Shown here: one piece after another, positions 23,384 to 36,730 of the stretch
Layout: each line of letters starts with the position of its first letter
How positions within the stretch are numbered: position 1 is the stretch's first letter
NCBI GenBank assembly: GCA_907165135.1
Contig: OU015566.1
Location: forward strand, 3,844,001 to 3,908,000
DNA from: Oikopleura dioica
Taxonomy: Eukaryota > Animalia > Chordata
Direction of reading: 5' to 3'
Length of the DNA: 64,000 nt
The notes under the pieces: generated by a model
What the model was told of the DNA's origin: nothing
Database searches by the model: none
The model's input: only the letters and a program-made list of their open reading frames with translations
Position numbers and translations under genes: made by a program

Positions 23384-24135
23384 TTTCGCCGAACTCACTT
23401 TTTTTTCTTCTTATTCTCAAAGTGACTGTCAAGCGCGCTTGTTTTGAAAAAGAGCTGAGCCGGCCGGATGAGGAGCTCGATCCGAAATGAATATTTACTG
23501 AGATCTTCAAAACGACAGAAACACGAGGGGAAATGATTTTTCCGTGCAATAAATTCTCCATGCCAAGTGCAGCAGATTTCGTTTTTGGCCAATGAAGATT
23601 TGGCTTTATTATAATAAAAACATCTTTTTCATCTTCGACTGTAGTAGGCCCTACTACTAATCTCTTCGCCCCCGGACCCCCTTAAGAGTTCCCGGTCCCT
23701 ATCCCTAATCACTAGCCCAGATTCTAGAGATATTCTATGGCTCAAATCATAGGCTCGAATGATACTCCCTCTCTAAGGACTGTATTATGTGCAGTCCTTT
23801 GATCCTTTTTCACATAGCCGAATTAACTGTATTGGCCGCGGGCAAAGTTCCTTAGCTGATAAGATAGATTCTGCTGCGAATTTTCGCAGCAAAAAGTATT
23901 TATTTAAAAGGCTGATAAAAGTGGTAATGTTATCAAAATTTGAAAGACAGTTCATGTTAATAATATGATATTATTCTTATTCGTCCGGTATTTGAATTGA
24001 AGCTTGATTTTTAAAACAATACAAAAAATTCAAATACCGACGATAATGAAAAAAGGTCGCAAGAAATAGCGATGGAAGAGAAAATGATAAAAGTGGGAAA
24101 AGAGAGACTAACATTATTCAGATAAAACCCGAAAA

Positions 24136-25357
24136 ATGCCGGGAAAGTCGCTTTTGTCCGGCCAATAGCGCAAAATACGCGCCCGGATGAGCTCAAAATG
24201 GAGTTCAATAAGTTTGGCGCAGTCAAAGATGTCCACATTCCGGTCGATTTTCGGACGAGAGCGCCGAGAGGATTTGCTTATATTGAGTAACCCTTCATCA
24301 CCTTTGACCGTTTTATATGAAATTTGAGTAGATTTGAGACAATGGAAGACGCTAGAAATGGACTTGGAATGGACGGAATGGTCATTAATGGAAGAAAGGT
24401 CAATGTTGCTTTTGCTGAAGGAGACCGTAAAAGTAAAGACCCTTTTTTCTTGATGAGGGGCTCACTTTGATTTCAGCTCCTGGAGCGATGAAGGGAAAAA
24501 AAGAAGCAGACGCTCTCCGCGCCCAGTTGGAAAAAGTCAAAATGATGCAGCAAAATCACTTGCAGCGCTTTTTCCCCGAAGCAGTTCAGCCGCCAGCGCC
24601 AGCGCCTGTTTCAGTCACCATGGATCCAAATACAGTTATGGACAAAAATGTGCTAGGGGACAAGGAGCAACTGCCGATTGAAAGAATAAATCGACGAGGA
24701 TCTGGGTCCGTTGCGAGCGGTAGTAGATCGAGGCGGACGAGGACGAGATCGAGGTCAAGGCCCAGATCAAGATCAAGATCCAGGAGTCGGTCGAGATCGG
24801 AATTGAGGAAGAGGGAAAAAGTCGAGCTGACTGAAAAAGTCGAAAAGAAATGGAAAGAACGAGAAAAGGTAGGTCGAGAAGTATTTTTCAAATCAAATTT
24901 TTTTCTTTAGAATTTGAAGGCAAAGCTCAAAAAAGCGACGAAAAAGCTCGAAAAATTGAGAAAGCTCAAATCGATCAAAAAAGTACAAAAGCTCCAGAAA
25001 GAGCACGAAAAGCTCAAGAAAAAGTACAAAAAGAAGAAGCGAAAGGAGCGAAAACGCGAATCGTCGAGCGAGGAGGAGTCTGAGGAAGAAGACGAAGACG
25101 AGGAATTGTCGGTCGAGGAGGAAAGTGGAAGTGAAAGCGAGGAAGAAGAATCGGCTTCGGAAAATGAAGAAGAGGAGGAGGAAGAAGAGGATTCTTCGGA
25201 GAATGAAGAGTCTGAAGATGATGAAGGTAATTTTATCAAGGCTGTCTGCCAGACAGTCTTATAGACAGTGTCTGGCATTGAAATATTTTTAGATAATCAT
25301 CAACGAAGCATATCTTTCAAGAAAACCTCCAATACTGAAATCATCGAACTCGACTGA
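24136..25357 (+). CDS. SRSF10/SRSF12-like SR protein (RRM, RS tract, Lys-rich and acidic tail)
   Basis: SAFVRPIAQNTRPDELKMEF.KFG.VKDVHIPVDFRTRAPRGFAYIEF..FAEGDRK.PGAMK is characteristic of SRSF10; RSRSRPRSRSRS tract. Confidence 0.85.
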
Positions 25358-25407
25358 CAAAAAGGAAATAAAATAAACAATCATTTACAGATACATTTTT
25401 AATTAAA

Positions 25408-28400
25408 TTAATTATAAATATTTATATAAAATGCAGGAATATATTTTTTGTTCGTCAATCTCGAAGATGAACATGTCGAGGAATAAATTTCGTGTGCTTT
25501 GATTTGTCGAAAACCACTTCTTCTCCTAGCTCGATCTAAAAAGAGGAGTTCAACCATTGGCATTTGGAAAAAAGAGACCTGGTAGTATTTCAGTCTTTCG
25601 TAAAAAATCTTTTTACAGAGATTGTAAAGTTCCATTTCGTATCGCAGCGGCCCGGACTCTAGAATTTTCGCCGTTTCTGGTGAGTATCCCGGATTTTTAG
25701 CGGTTTTTGATGATGATCCGAATTGAACAGCCCCTGAAGAAACCGTTTGCTATTTGTCACGTGATCTTTATAGGTACTTACAGGGATCATGCTTGGCAGC
25801 GTGCGCGCCATCGAAGTATTCTGGGAGCATTTTGCTGAACAGCGTCAAGGTTTCATTAAAATGCTCTGAAAAAGACATCACCAAAAAGGGCTGAAAAAAG
25901 CTCACCCAAAATGCCAATCATGTAATAATTCTTGACAATATGATTTTTCGCAATATCCGTCGCAACTCTCAATTTATTCCAGTCGTTCTTATGGCCCCAT
26001 TTTGACACGTTCTTTGGGTCCTTTACTTTGCAGTTTTCACCATTTGTTGCCCCGTTCGTTCCGCAGAAGTAAGAGACCATCACTTGAGTTGGTTCGAAGG
26101 GGGCTGACCACTTTGACCAGTGTGTAATATGGGCAATGCTAAGCGCTAATCCTTTGAGATCCGATAAATACGCAATGGGCTCCCAAGGTGCATCTTGCCG
26201 ATAAAATTGACAAATGATAATTTTAAAAAAATTCAGAATAATACTAAAAAATAAGTATAACTATTGAAAGAAAGGGGTTATTATATATCCTGAAGGGAGA
26301 AGGTCACTGATAATTTATCAGTGATAAAGCACCGAAACCAGATATTTTTATTTCCGTTACTTTCGTCCAATCCCATGCCATATTTTGGGCAACCTTCGAA
26401 GCAATTCTGCATAACGTTATAAGAAAAACGACTTTTATCAATTATATAATTATTATTATTATCTTTTGGCCACCTTCAGAAATGAGTTCCCTATCAGAAC
26501 TTGCCCGCAGCGTCCTCCCAAACACTGAAAATTTATCTCAAAATGAAGATCTTTTTGTCAACACTATGCAGAATAGTTCTACATTCCGCAGAATAGTTCC
26601 ACTTTTTGCAGAATAGTTCTGCATGCAGAATAGTTTCGACCCCCTCCCCATGCCAGCCCGCCTGATTTTTGCCCAGATTGGTCGGTCCGAGTGTTCCAAT
26701 CTGTATCATACAGACTGTATGTTACTTGAAATTTCCTTCTTAATAATGAGAATGAGTAGAAATGCCGGAAATCTGATGGACCGCGCACTCTCAGTCGAGG
26801 AAGGCGCTAAGTCGCGCTGATGGAGGAGGAATGTGCCCACCGCCAGGTGTAAACTCCTGCAGGGGCTTCTCCCTCGCCCGACTCGACTCGACGCAACGCT
26901 TGTCTCGGGTGCGCGTTTTTTCTGGCATTTTGGGAAATGCGTCTTTTCTGGCATCGCGTTCTTTCTGGCAGTCGCCTCTTTTCTGGCATTGAAGTCTGAT
27001 TCATTGAATTCTAATATCAAGTAGGGTCTACCAAATCTAATCAACTGTTATTTCCTTCTTAAATTATCTTCAAGAAGAAGAACCCGTAGTTTTGAATATG
27101 ATTGAGGGGACCAATTTCTTGGCACTAGAATCGAATAAAGAATTATTAGATCATCATAATAAATGCTGAAAATCTTTTAAATTGTGTTAATGATCAGCAC
27201 TATTTTCTTTGATGATAAAAACTTATAAATCAAATAAAAGTTTTGCCTGTGGCAAGTTGCTATTGAAGGTAAAGGTTTTATGCTATTCATATCAGCTTAT
27301 TAGATTTGGTAGACCCTACTCAATATCAGAGTAAAATGAATCAGATCCCAGTGCCAGAAAAGACGCGACTGCCAGAAAGAACGCGATGCCAGAAAAGACG
27401 CATTTCTCAAAAATGCCAGAAAAGACGCGCACCCGCTTGTCTCAAGTTGAGCCGAGGAGTATCACTGGATGAGTTAGCACATTTCGGTGGGCATGTAACA
27501 TGCCGCATGTTGCATCTTTTGTGCTCATGAACGGATAGGGAAGGTGATAGATCGACAAGTTTTATCGGCGAGATTCACCGTGGGAGCTCATTTCGTATTT
27601 ATCAGAGCTCAAAGGATTAGCGCTTAGCATTGCCCATATTACACACTGGTCAAAGTGGTCCACCCCGTTCGAAGCACTCGTCGCTTTTTCGTTGAACGCA
27701 TTGATCTGAAAATTATATTATATTATTTTACAAGTTATAAATTATAACTCTAACCTAATGTTTGTTCAAAATCTTCTTCAGATCCCTTCCAGGTATGCCT
27801 TGCTCCTTGTCGCTCATCAGTGCCCATCTTTTCGAACCCATATCGCTGAAAATAGTAGACCGAGTTGAACCTCCCCATTGGATGTCGAATCACATTGATG
27901 TATGTCGGCTGGTCCATTCCAACATCTGTGAAATTCATCCAATGATGATGCTTGAGAAGGAAAAATTTTCCTGGTTTTTCTGCTCGTTTTGCTGCCAAAT
28001 GATTTGCGAGCTCAAGTTCGCCGTCGGTTCCATCATTTCCATTCTTTGCGCAGTTCGCTTTGTCTTCTACTCGAATGCATGGAGGCTGGTAATCCAAGTA
28101 GAAATCGTTGTCTTCCGAAAGGACGTATAAAATGTACTTCATCGAGGTTCCACCGCATTTGGGCATTTTATTGTGAAAGACGAAATTGCGATTGGGAGGA
28201 GCCATGTTGAGCGGGGAAGATCAACGAGGCCGGATTCGGGACTCGCAAAAACAGGCGCTACTTTTGGCTGAACTTGGACTTCTGGGTGGGGAGGTTTTGG
28301 GACTTTTTGGGGACGACTGGGCTTGGAGCCGGGGGTTTTGGATGTTGGGTTTTGGGGTGGGGCAGGATTGACTGGGGCTACTGGAGCTTGAGGAGGATTG

Positions 28401-28970
28401 GCTGCCAGATTTTGAGCTGGTGATGGAGCAGGTTTTTCAGTGGCTTCTGGTTCTTCCGACGGCGCCGGGTTAAAAATCCAATCATTTTTCTGCGGCAATC
28501 TCTTTTCTTCCGGTTTTTCTGGGGCAGCAGGTTTCTCCCATGCTGCAGTTCTCAAAACATCATCGCCTAAAACCGGTTTCGGAGCAACAAATGGTTTCAA
28601 ATTGAGCACAGGATTTTGAGCAGGCGGAGATTTTTTGGGGGCTTTTTCGCGATGATGTTTGAAGAATTTTGTCTCAAAAGCGAGTTCTTGGACTTGTGCT
28701 TCTGTTGGCTTGAGATTTGAAATTTCGGAATCGAGACTTTCTCCTATTGCTTTGAAATTGAGAGAATCATCTTTTGGCTCTAGAATCGATTCAGAAAAGA
28801 TTTTGGCCGCTTGAAAATTTTCTGAAAGAAGGGATGAGCCAGGGAGAATGATCGGTCTCTGGTTGTAGTAGTAAATGACGGGAATCCAACCGAGATAGGA
28901 ACCGTATTTTAAGAATAATCCGAGAAAGATGTTGAGAAAATCAGCGATTCGGATGAGCTTTGGGTGGCAT
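25408..28970 (-). CDS. Heparan/uronyl 2-O-sulfotransferase family (HS2ST/UST-like) type II Golgi enzyme
   Basis: N-terminal hydrophobic anchor, Pro-rich stem, 5'-PSB FVFHNKMPKCGGTS, 3'-PB YINVIRHPMGRFNSVYYF, YFCG, NYYMIGILE; apparent 1-nt homopolymer frameshift at about 28213-28216. Confidence 0.85.
26100..27666. mobile_element. Non-autonomous TIR DNA transposon in a sulfotransferase exon (introner-like)
   Basis: 8-bp TSD GTTCGAAG; about 106-bp TIRs starting GGGG; contains an internal inverted repeat pair. Confidence 0.93.
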
Positions 28971-31900
28971 CTTGAAATCGGATATTTTTTTTCATAGAAA
29001 AGCTCTTTATTTTATTCATAAAAGTCCAAAATTAAAGCAAATTGTCATATTATTGTCGATTCGAGCAAATTCAATTATCATCCAATTCCTTATCTCACAG
29101 CAGGCCATCGAAATCTTCGGCCATTCAAATTCTTTCCCCTCGGCCCCCATTTTTCTCTCTTTTTCTATGAACTTTTATGCTAGAATTTATGCTGAGAGCC
29201 AGTGCGTTCCGTTTCAATAAGTTATGTTTGATAACAGTGTTGCCGCACCCTCCAGCTCGAAAGCGAATTCACTAGATGCGGTTGAATTCATGCTCGCTCG
29301 TCGCCGCGGGCTCATTTTCGTAATTTTTTGTAATTTTTGGATTAAGTACTTTTTGAATATTTTCTTTTTGGAATTTTGAACTTCCAAAAAGGAAAATTTT
29401 TTAAATGCTAAATAAAAGCTCATAATTGCTCTTTGACAAGCTAAAAAAGGAAGGAAATCGTGGTTTTCGGAAGTGCAGGTGTCAGAAAACGGCGGCTGGT
29501 GTTTGTTAATGGGACAGCAGTTGATTTAACGGGAATCATTAAAAAGGCTCATTACTTTTGACGCGATGCTATTTGCTTTCCAGTTGTCCATTTTTCCGAG
29601 ATAAATCGAGACTCTGACAACTAGGAACAAAATTACCGCTTCAACTCGATTAAAAAAAAAAACCAAGCAGAGATAAAGAAGGAGAATAAGGGAAGAAGCC
29701 GAAGAAACTTCTATGCGAATATGTACGGAACAATACCGCCAAGATTGGTTTTATCAAAAAAAAAAACAACGAATAACAATTTTCATAATTTTATCGTTGA
29801 AAGAAATGACGTTATTTCCAAACAAGATTAACTTTTTAAATTATCGTTGTGACACCCTTATTTTATTTCAATGATTAATGACTTTTCAAAAATAAATGAA
29901 GGCCGTAGTTTTTTCGTATGATAATTTTGCTGAAAATGTAGAGCGAGGTTAATGAATAAAACGATTTATTGAAAGTGAAAGAAATTTTACTCTTTTTTCA
30001 TCATTTTCATAATTTTCAAAAACCGTTTTCTATTTTCGCGACGCTCATAAATCTCGTGTTTTAGTTAGCAGACTGACCTTATGAATACTATAAATTATAG
30101 TCTATAATCCGCCATCATCATCAGTTTCGTTAAAATAAATTTTTATCAGAAAACCAAATTAAAAACCAATTAAAAGCGCTTTGAAACGGAGATCAACTGT
30201 CACTGCCTTTTCGCCACTCGATTCCGTCCCTGAAAGATTACATCACAAGCTCAGATTTTAATTTATTATGTAATCAAGTTAAATTATCAAACCCGTTCTT
30301 TTTCGGGTGAAAATAGTTGACAGTAGCCAAATCTAAAAATGAGTGCTTCTGATCTGTCGATAAACAAACTGTCACTGGCAAATCCCCAAGTAGAGTGCTT
30401 CTGAATTCAAAAATTTCGCAGAATTGCAGAATGAAAATTGAAAATCGAGAAGAACATAAGTTTAGCTAATTTTAAATCTACGAATAAAGAGACTATCAGT
30501 ACATAGGAGAAGCATAAGAGATGCGAATATGTTAGGTAAGCCAATTTGACCAGCAATTCTTCTTTGATTTAGCAAGAATTGGTATGATACCCCTAACCCT
30601 AAAGCCTAACCCAGGAAGCTTCGCCCCTAGAACCCCCATTAAAGCCTAACCAAGAGGGTTTCGCCCCCTCCCCGGAATTCCCCTAAAGCCTTACCTAGAG
30701 GGCTACGGCCCCCAACCCCGGAAGCCCCCTGGGACCCCCTCCCTAAGCCTTGCCCAGAGGGCGCCGACCCACCCTTCCCCAAGAACCCCAAGTAGGTGCT
30801 CCAAGGCCCTAAGCCTAATCCCTAACCGAGAAAAGGTAAGATTCATACCGATTTTAGCTATATTATAGAAGAATTGTGCCTGTACCAATTCTAATTGCAA
30901 TCTTCCCGTTAGTTTGCTTTTCAATAGAAAACTTTGCTGTTCAGAGAATCTAGATTTATGTGAGAAAATTGGGAGGAGCGCGACGGTCCAGCGGCGCAAC
31001 GCTTTCAAATCCTCAAAAACCGCCTCGATCGAAATCAGAAAGAGCACTCGACAAACGAGGAGTTGCAGGTGAGCTCCTTAACGCGTTCAACGGGAGGACA
31101 GCCTGATTCAAGTTTTTCTCGCGTTTATGACGCCAATTTACATTTTCTCGTGTTTCTGATTTGCTTTTTAGGAAATTTCAACTTTAACTTCTTTTTCAAA
31201 AAGTTCATTTTTTAACCCTCTATCTTGTAAAACAAAAAAATGTAGTAAGACATGAAAGGATCTATGCCGGAACCTTTGAAAACACGTTATAAGGTCGGTC
31301 AAGAATTTTTTTCGCACGGGAGAGGCCATTTATAACACGTCGTTAACTCGAGATCTACGGATGTTCAGCACACGGATTTTGACTCGAAACGGAATCATGA
31401 GTTTTCTCTGATTCATGGAAGAATTTCAAGCCCACCGGAAATTTCTTCCTTCAAAATTGATTATGAGTTTTTCAGTTTTTGTGTTAACGTATTGATACCC
31501 TTAAATAAACTTGTAAGAAAGTCAATATAATTTCAATCTTTTGAGTCGAGAAGCCGCTTGCGGCTTCGAGCAAAAGAAACTATAGCCGCGCAGAGCGCGG
31601 CTTTTTCGATATTTTCGCGTTAGTGAATTTAAGGGTATCAGTGTCTAAAAACAATCTCACGAATGATATTCAATGTAAAATCAATTTAAAAGACTTTTTT
31701 CTTCTTATTATTTCCGTTGCGATTGTTCTGAAATCAAGGAAGAGAACCTTCTCCATTCCATCTTCTTTTCGTCTTCTTCGAAAATTGCGATCGGGTCGTG
31801 ATGGGGGCGCTGGGGACGGGTGGTTTTAAGAGAGCCACAAAAAATTAATGCGGCGATGGCCGGATTCTGAAAAAATGAATTCCCGTTGATACAAGTGCAA

Positions 31901-34900
31901 ACATGACTACCAAAAGCAGTGGCAGGCACTATTCAACTTCGGATTTGCTTTTGAGCCCTTTGAAAGAGAACCCCTTGTTGGAAGAGAATGAAGATTCGAA
32001 CAGTGAAGATGAGATACGGAGACTAAGGAACGCGCTTATTTTTCTTCATGAAATTTAAAATTTTCTTTCAAATTTTTCCCTCAGCCCCAAGAGGCGAAAA
32101 TAAAAAGCCTGGCTAAGCTGAGCTTAGGCTCCTGAAAACTGATTAGTCTTAGCTCAGATTGGCTCAGCTTAAAAATCGCGAAACTAAGTTTACCTGAGTT
32201 ATCATGAATAAGAATTCATGGGCCTTAGCTAAGCTTAGTTCTGGTTTTCATCTTAGCCTTGCTTAGCCGAGGAGAATTAAAGCTTAGACTAAGAAAGCTA
32301 AGCTAGGGAAGGGAGTCAGAAAATAAAGTGAGCTTCATTTCCAGAAGAAATATTCATGACTTTTTTCTATTCCGGCGACAGAAGAAAACTTTGAACGGAA
32401 GCAATTCGAGTCACCAGCATACAATCACAAGTGGCAAGTGCGAATTATTCTGTCGCCCGAAATCAACAACGCCATAAATTCTCATTTTTCTCCTTCGCCA
32501 GTGACCCAGTGACAGTGAAATCTTGGCCAAACTGTTGCCCCGTTACAGTCAGAATAGATTTCTGATCGTGCCAAAAACGCGTTTCCTCACGGGTTTTATT
32601 TATCGCTTGGTGTCATGAGAGAGGCCATTTCAAATTTCCATTTTGGTCAAATTTGCCTGCGGCGGATGTCCTTTGATTTATGCTTTGTTTGCGCTCAAGG
32701 GCACAAGCCATCAATCTGATTTTACACAGGAAATGTTACCATTTTTAATTTTGCGTTTTTCGTCAATTTTCGAATTGATCGATTTTACGGGCGACACCGG
32801 AAAAGTCGCCGAATGTCGCCAAGTTTCGCTAAATGTCGCCGCTCATTTTTGAAAATGGCGACATTTGGCGACATTCAGCGTCTTTCCCAGGGCTCCCAAA
32901 TCCTACAGAGTCTGTAGTACAGATCGTCTTTTCTTACTGTAAAACTCGATTTTATGAAAAATGAAAAAATTTAATGAGTTACGATCTTTGTGAACTTTTG
33001 TAAAGACCCGTTCATTTGGCGACGAATAAAGTTATATTTTTTCATTTTCCGGAACCCGGTCAAGAAATTTTACCCGGGCAAAAATACAAAAGACACGTGG
33101 TTGTTGTCCGGAAGTGATGCCCTTTGTGATTTTTCTGATTTATGGGCATATTTGCCCTTCTAGGGCGACTGACCCTTACAAGCTGATAATCGTTAAATTT
33201 CTGATAAAAGTGACATTTGAATAAGGTTCCTCAGATTTTCCAAATGAAAAATTCTCAAATCCGAAAACTCAAAATTCAGAATTCAAAAGAGAATTTTAGC
33301 TCAGGAGCGGTTGTCAAATTTTGGGGCAAAATGATATAAAAAAAGCGCGAAAAAAGGCACCAAAGATCGAGTGTTACCGAGACAAGATTAGTAAAAAGGT
33401 CAAGTGTCCGTAGAACGAGGAGTACGTTAAAGTAAGTTAAACTTGTTTTCACGAAAATCAAGAAAGAGACAACATGTCTGTCCAAATTGAAAGAGCTCGA
33501 TCACGTGTTCGGCAGAGACAGAGGAAACACAGAAGGTTTGAATGACTCATCGAAAAGGGGGGTTGAAAGTTAGCTATCCCCTTTTCTAGGGGGCTCTCCC
33601 CCCCGAGACCTCCACTCTCAAGACTCAATCTGGGCTATTGCCCCCCTGCCCCCCCCCCAAAGGAGGGTTTAGGGGAAGCTTGACCTCTTAAGTAAGGGAT
33701 AAGTAAGGGGCAGAAAAATCAGCCTCAATTTTCTTTCAAGCCAAGGTCAATTTCGGGGGAAAGCTACGGTGCAACTTGTAAATGAGCATGAAATTGAATT
33801 TCCTCTCTCATGAATTTACGCCGACTTTTCGTCGCCCCCTTATTTGACTTTTCAAGAACTTCAAAACTTCTTGAAAGCTTGGGAAGCTATTTTAGATTTT
33901 TGAGCACTCAATCCTACTCAGATTCAAGAATAAAAGTAATAAAATTCCAGCAGTTACAAATCGATTACGACATTTAAAAAAATGTATCGGATTTCCAAAA
34001 TGATCCTGTCAACTTCCGAGTGACCTTACTAAATTTTTTCCCGCGACCGCAAATCGCAAAATTGCCAGAAAAAGTTGACCAAGTTGCTTCCGCTGTAATC
34101 ATTTCATTACAAGCTTTCCATTTCGATAGATTCTTCGAGAGTTGTTTCGGAATGAAAACTCGACAAAAAATTTACAAAAAAATCGGTCTATCCACCAATA
34201 TACTTAAAATTCAAGGCTCAAATTAAGGGTATCGCAACGAAAACATTTTAATCAAGTAATCGGATGATCCAACCATCAATTGGATATACCCTTATTTTGA
34301 GCTGAGCTTTCTCCCAAATTAACACTTCAATTAAAAGAGTGACGACCTTACTAATCACTTTTTTAAATAAGGATGTCTCTCCCTTAACTCCATATTTTCC
34401 AGGGTAAATCCAGTAATAAGGAAGTGACGCCCTTATTTAAAAGAAGCGAATACGGTTATCACTTTCTTAATTCTCGGATAAAGCCAGTTGAAAATAAGGG
34501 TATCTACCCTCGTTTGATTGATGTTTGTTTCAGATCTGCTTTTTTAGTAATCAAATTCTTCTGACTAACAATTATCTGTCAAAAAGTCTGACTTTTTTAT
34601 GGTTATTTTTGTCTTCAATTGTTTTCATATGATGTCACTAAATTTTTCTGCGCTAATCATGCGGTGCACAAACGCTGAGAACTTCCGGCGCGTTCCCGAG
34701 CTAGAGCCCAAGGCGCGTGCGTTCAAATATTTTCCCCTCAGCTGGGAATCGTAAAAACACTTTCGATTTCCGACTGATTTGACAACTGTGTTAAGAATCA
34801 AGTGCAAATTTTTCACAGGAACTTTGCTTCCCAAAACGTTGAAGAAAAAAAGAGAGAAAAAAATATGAATTCGTTTTTACGAAGGTTTTCAAAGAAAGAA

Positions 34901-35733
34901 GATGTTATCGAAGTTGTAGCGGATATTGAAGGAACCGGGAAAAAACAGTATTTTCCATTTTTCGGGGTAAAACAAATTTATGGAAGTGATTATATGGATC
35001 AGGGTTCTGATTGGCCGGAAGATCAAATGCAGGAATCTTATTGGTAACCCAAAAATGCACTTCCATAAATTGGTTTTGCCCAAAAATACCCATGAAAATC
35101 GGTGAAATATCCATTAGATCATTTCTCGGAGGCCGTTTAATCCAATTAAAAACATCCAAAAACAGATAAAACCCACTAAAATCTTTCGTTCTGCGATTAA
35201 AATGATCGTTAATCAACAAAACCTAATGAAAGCCTCCTATATTCGTCGGTAGAAATTATATAAAAGCAGTTTTCTTCCTTGATTTCAATAGCTTTTCACA
35301 AAAATTTTGACCACATGACCAATACAAGCTAATCTTCTGAGAACAGAGCATCAGAAGAACATGAAAGAAAAACTGACGAGCTCATTATTTGTCCAGGGCC
35401 GGAAACGTCTATTTGGGGATATTTGCTCTTTTGACTTTTGATGTCTCTGGATAGCAGATTTACCGATTAGCAAGATTGATAGCTGTCCATTTTCTGACAT
35501 GCCGCGGTAGAATAATATGAATTACAGTATTTACCCGGGAATGAAAGAGTTCAGAAGGCCACGGCGATCAAGATCGAGTTCATTTTTTGAAGCTGATTTG
35601 AATCTACTCAACACGCCTTTTCATATGTTTCAGTAAATATCCGATTTTTCTCCTCTTTCCAAAAACTCAAAAAAAAAAGAAATGTGACATTACAAATGTC
35701 AACAACCAAACTACACATGCTCGACTTTTTCCT

Positions 35734-35965
35734 GTGTAGAAAACCTGAGTCAGGATATTTTAAAAGCTTTAATAAGAAACGGCTTTTCGCCGAAATTTTA
35801 GACAAATTTCGGAACGCCCTTGTTATGTCCCCAAATGTCCCCAAATGTCCCGAATGTCTCGAATATCCTGACAATTCGCCACATTCGGGGACATTCGGGA
35901 ACATTTGGGACATTTGGGGATCTAACAAGAGTACCCAAATTTCTGACTCAGGTTTTCTACTCAGG
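35734..35965. mobile_element. Dispersed MITE family (GTAGAAAACCTGAGTCAG termini)
   Basis: Inverted termini; related copies at about 4791-4872, 54895-55045 and 61126-61373. Confidence 0.65.
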
Positions 35966-36730
35966 TTCCACCCTGAGTAACTAACCCTGTGTCAGGAATC
36001 CTGAGTCTTAACCTTGTTATATTACCTTCGTTATGTAACCTTGATCCGAGGTTATCAAAATTTCTCAAAAGAGGAATTTTCGAAACTCTTGAAAATTGAA
36101 GAGAGGGCAAAAAATGACGCACTCTCGGACCTCATCTGGCTTCGGGAACTGCCCTTCCTGCCTTGTTCTTTTCAATAACGCTTGTTCTAGTGAAGGCTAC
36201 ACCGGAGACATTCAAAGGCACACCGCCGCGGCCATCGAAAGTGCAACCAGAGCCAGCATTGAAAAACGAGGACCGGATTTAGCTTGACAACATTTTTCGT
36301 TTCTTCGCGAAAACAGAGTTATTTAAATGATTAAAGCAGAGATTTTTGAAATTTTGAGATATTATTTTTCGGTGATTATCAGAAATATTATCGGTAAGAT
36401 GATAATTTGGCCGTATTTTACAGAAAATTGGGCCTAAAACTGCTAGAAAATCAACTTTTTGAAAAAAAAATTTGAAAATTTACCCTTTTTTCTGATTTTT
36501 TTTTTGGTCAGAGGAGGCAAAAAATACGAGAATCGACAAAAATTTTCGACAAGAAATTTGAATTTCTGCCAAATTTTTTTTTCTAAAATCTTATTGGTCT
36601 AAAATTTGACCAAAAAATTGGTCGCTTTTTCTGTCGATTCAAGCTAACAGCCCATAAAGACGACCAAATTTTATTTTTTATTTCTGCGAAATTCATCTTT
36701 TTTCTCAATTAAAGTTAAATCCATGATTAG

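Noticed and set aside
24586-25278. Minus-strand Ser-rich and DL-repeat ORFs
   Set aside because: Antisense shadows of the RS and acidic tracts of the SR protein
28205-28220. Sulfotransferase frameshift as evidence of a pseudogene
   Set aside because: A single missing base in a G/C homopolymer with intact flanking frames; the same pattern occurs at 40261, so an assembly error is more likely
30590-30830. Telomere-like CCCTAA repeats (also about 23670-23730 and 59480-59600)
   Set aside because: Degenerate and interspersed, part of a dispersed repeat rather than a telomeric array
29000-34800. Short ORFs in the long gene-poor interval
   Set aside because: No motifs or consistent exon chains; mostly AT-rich or repeat-derived sequence
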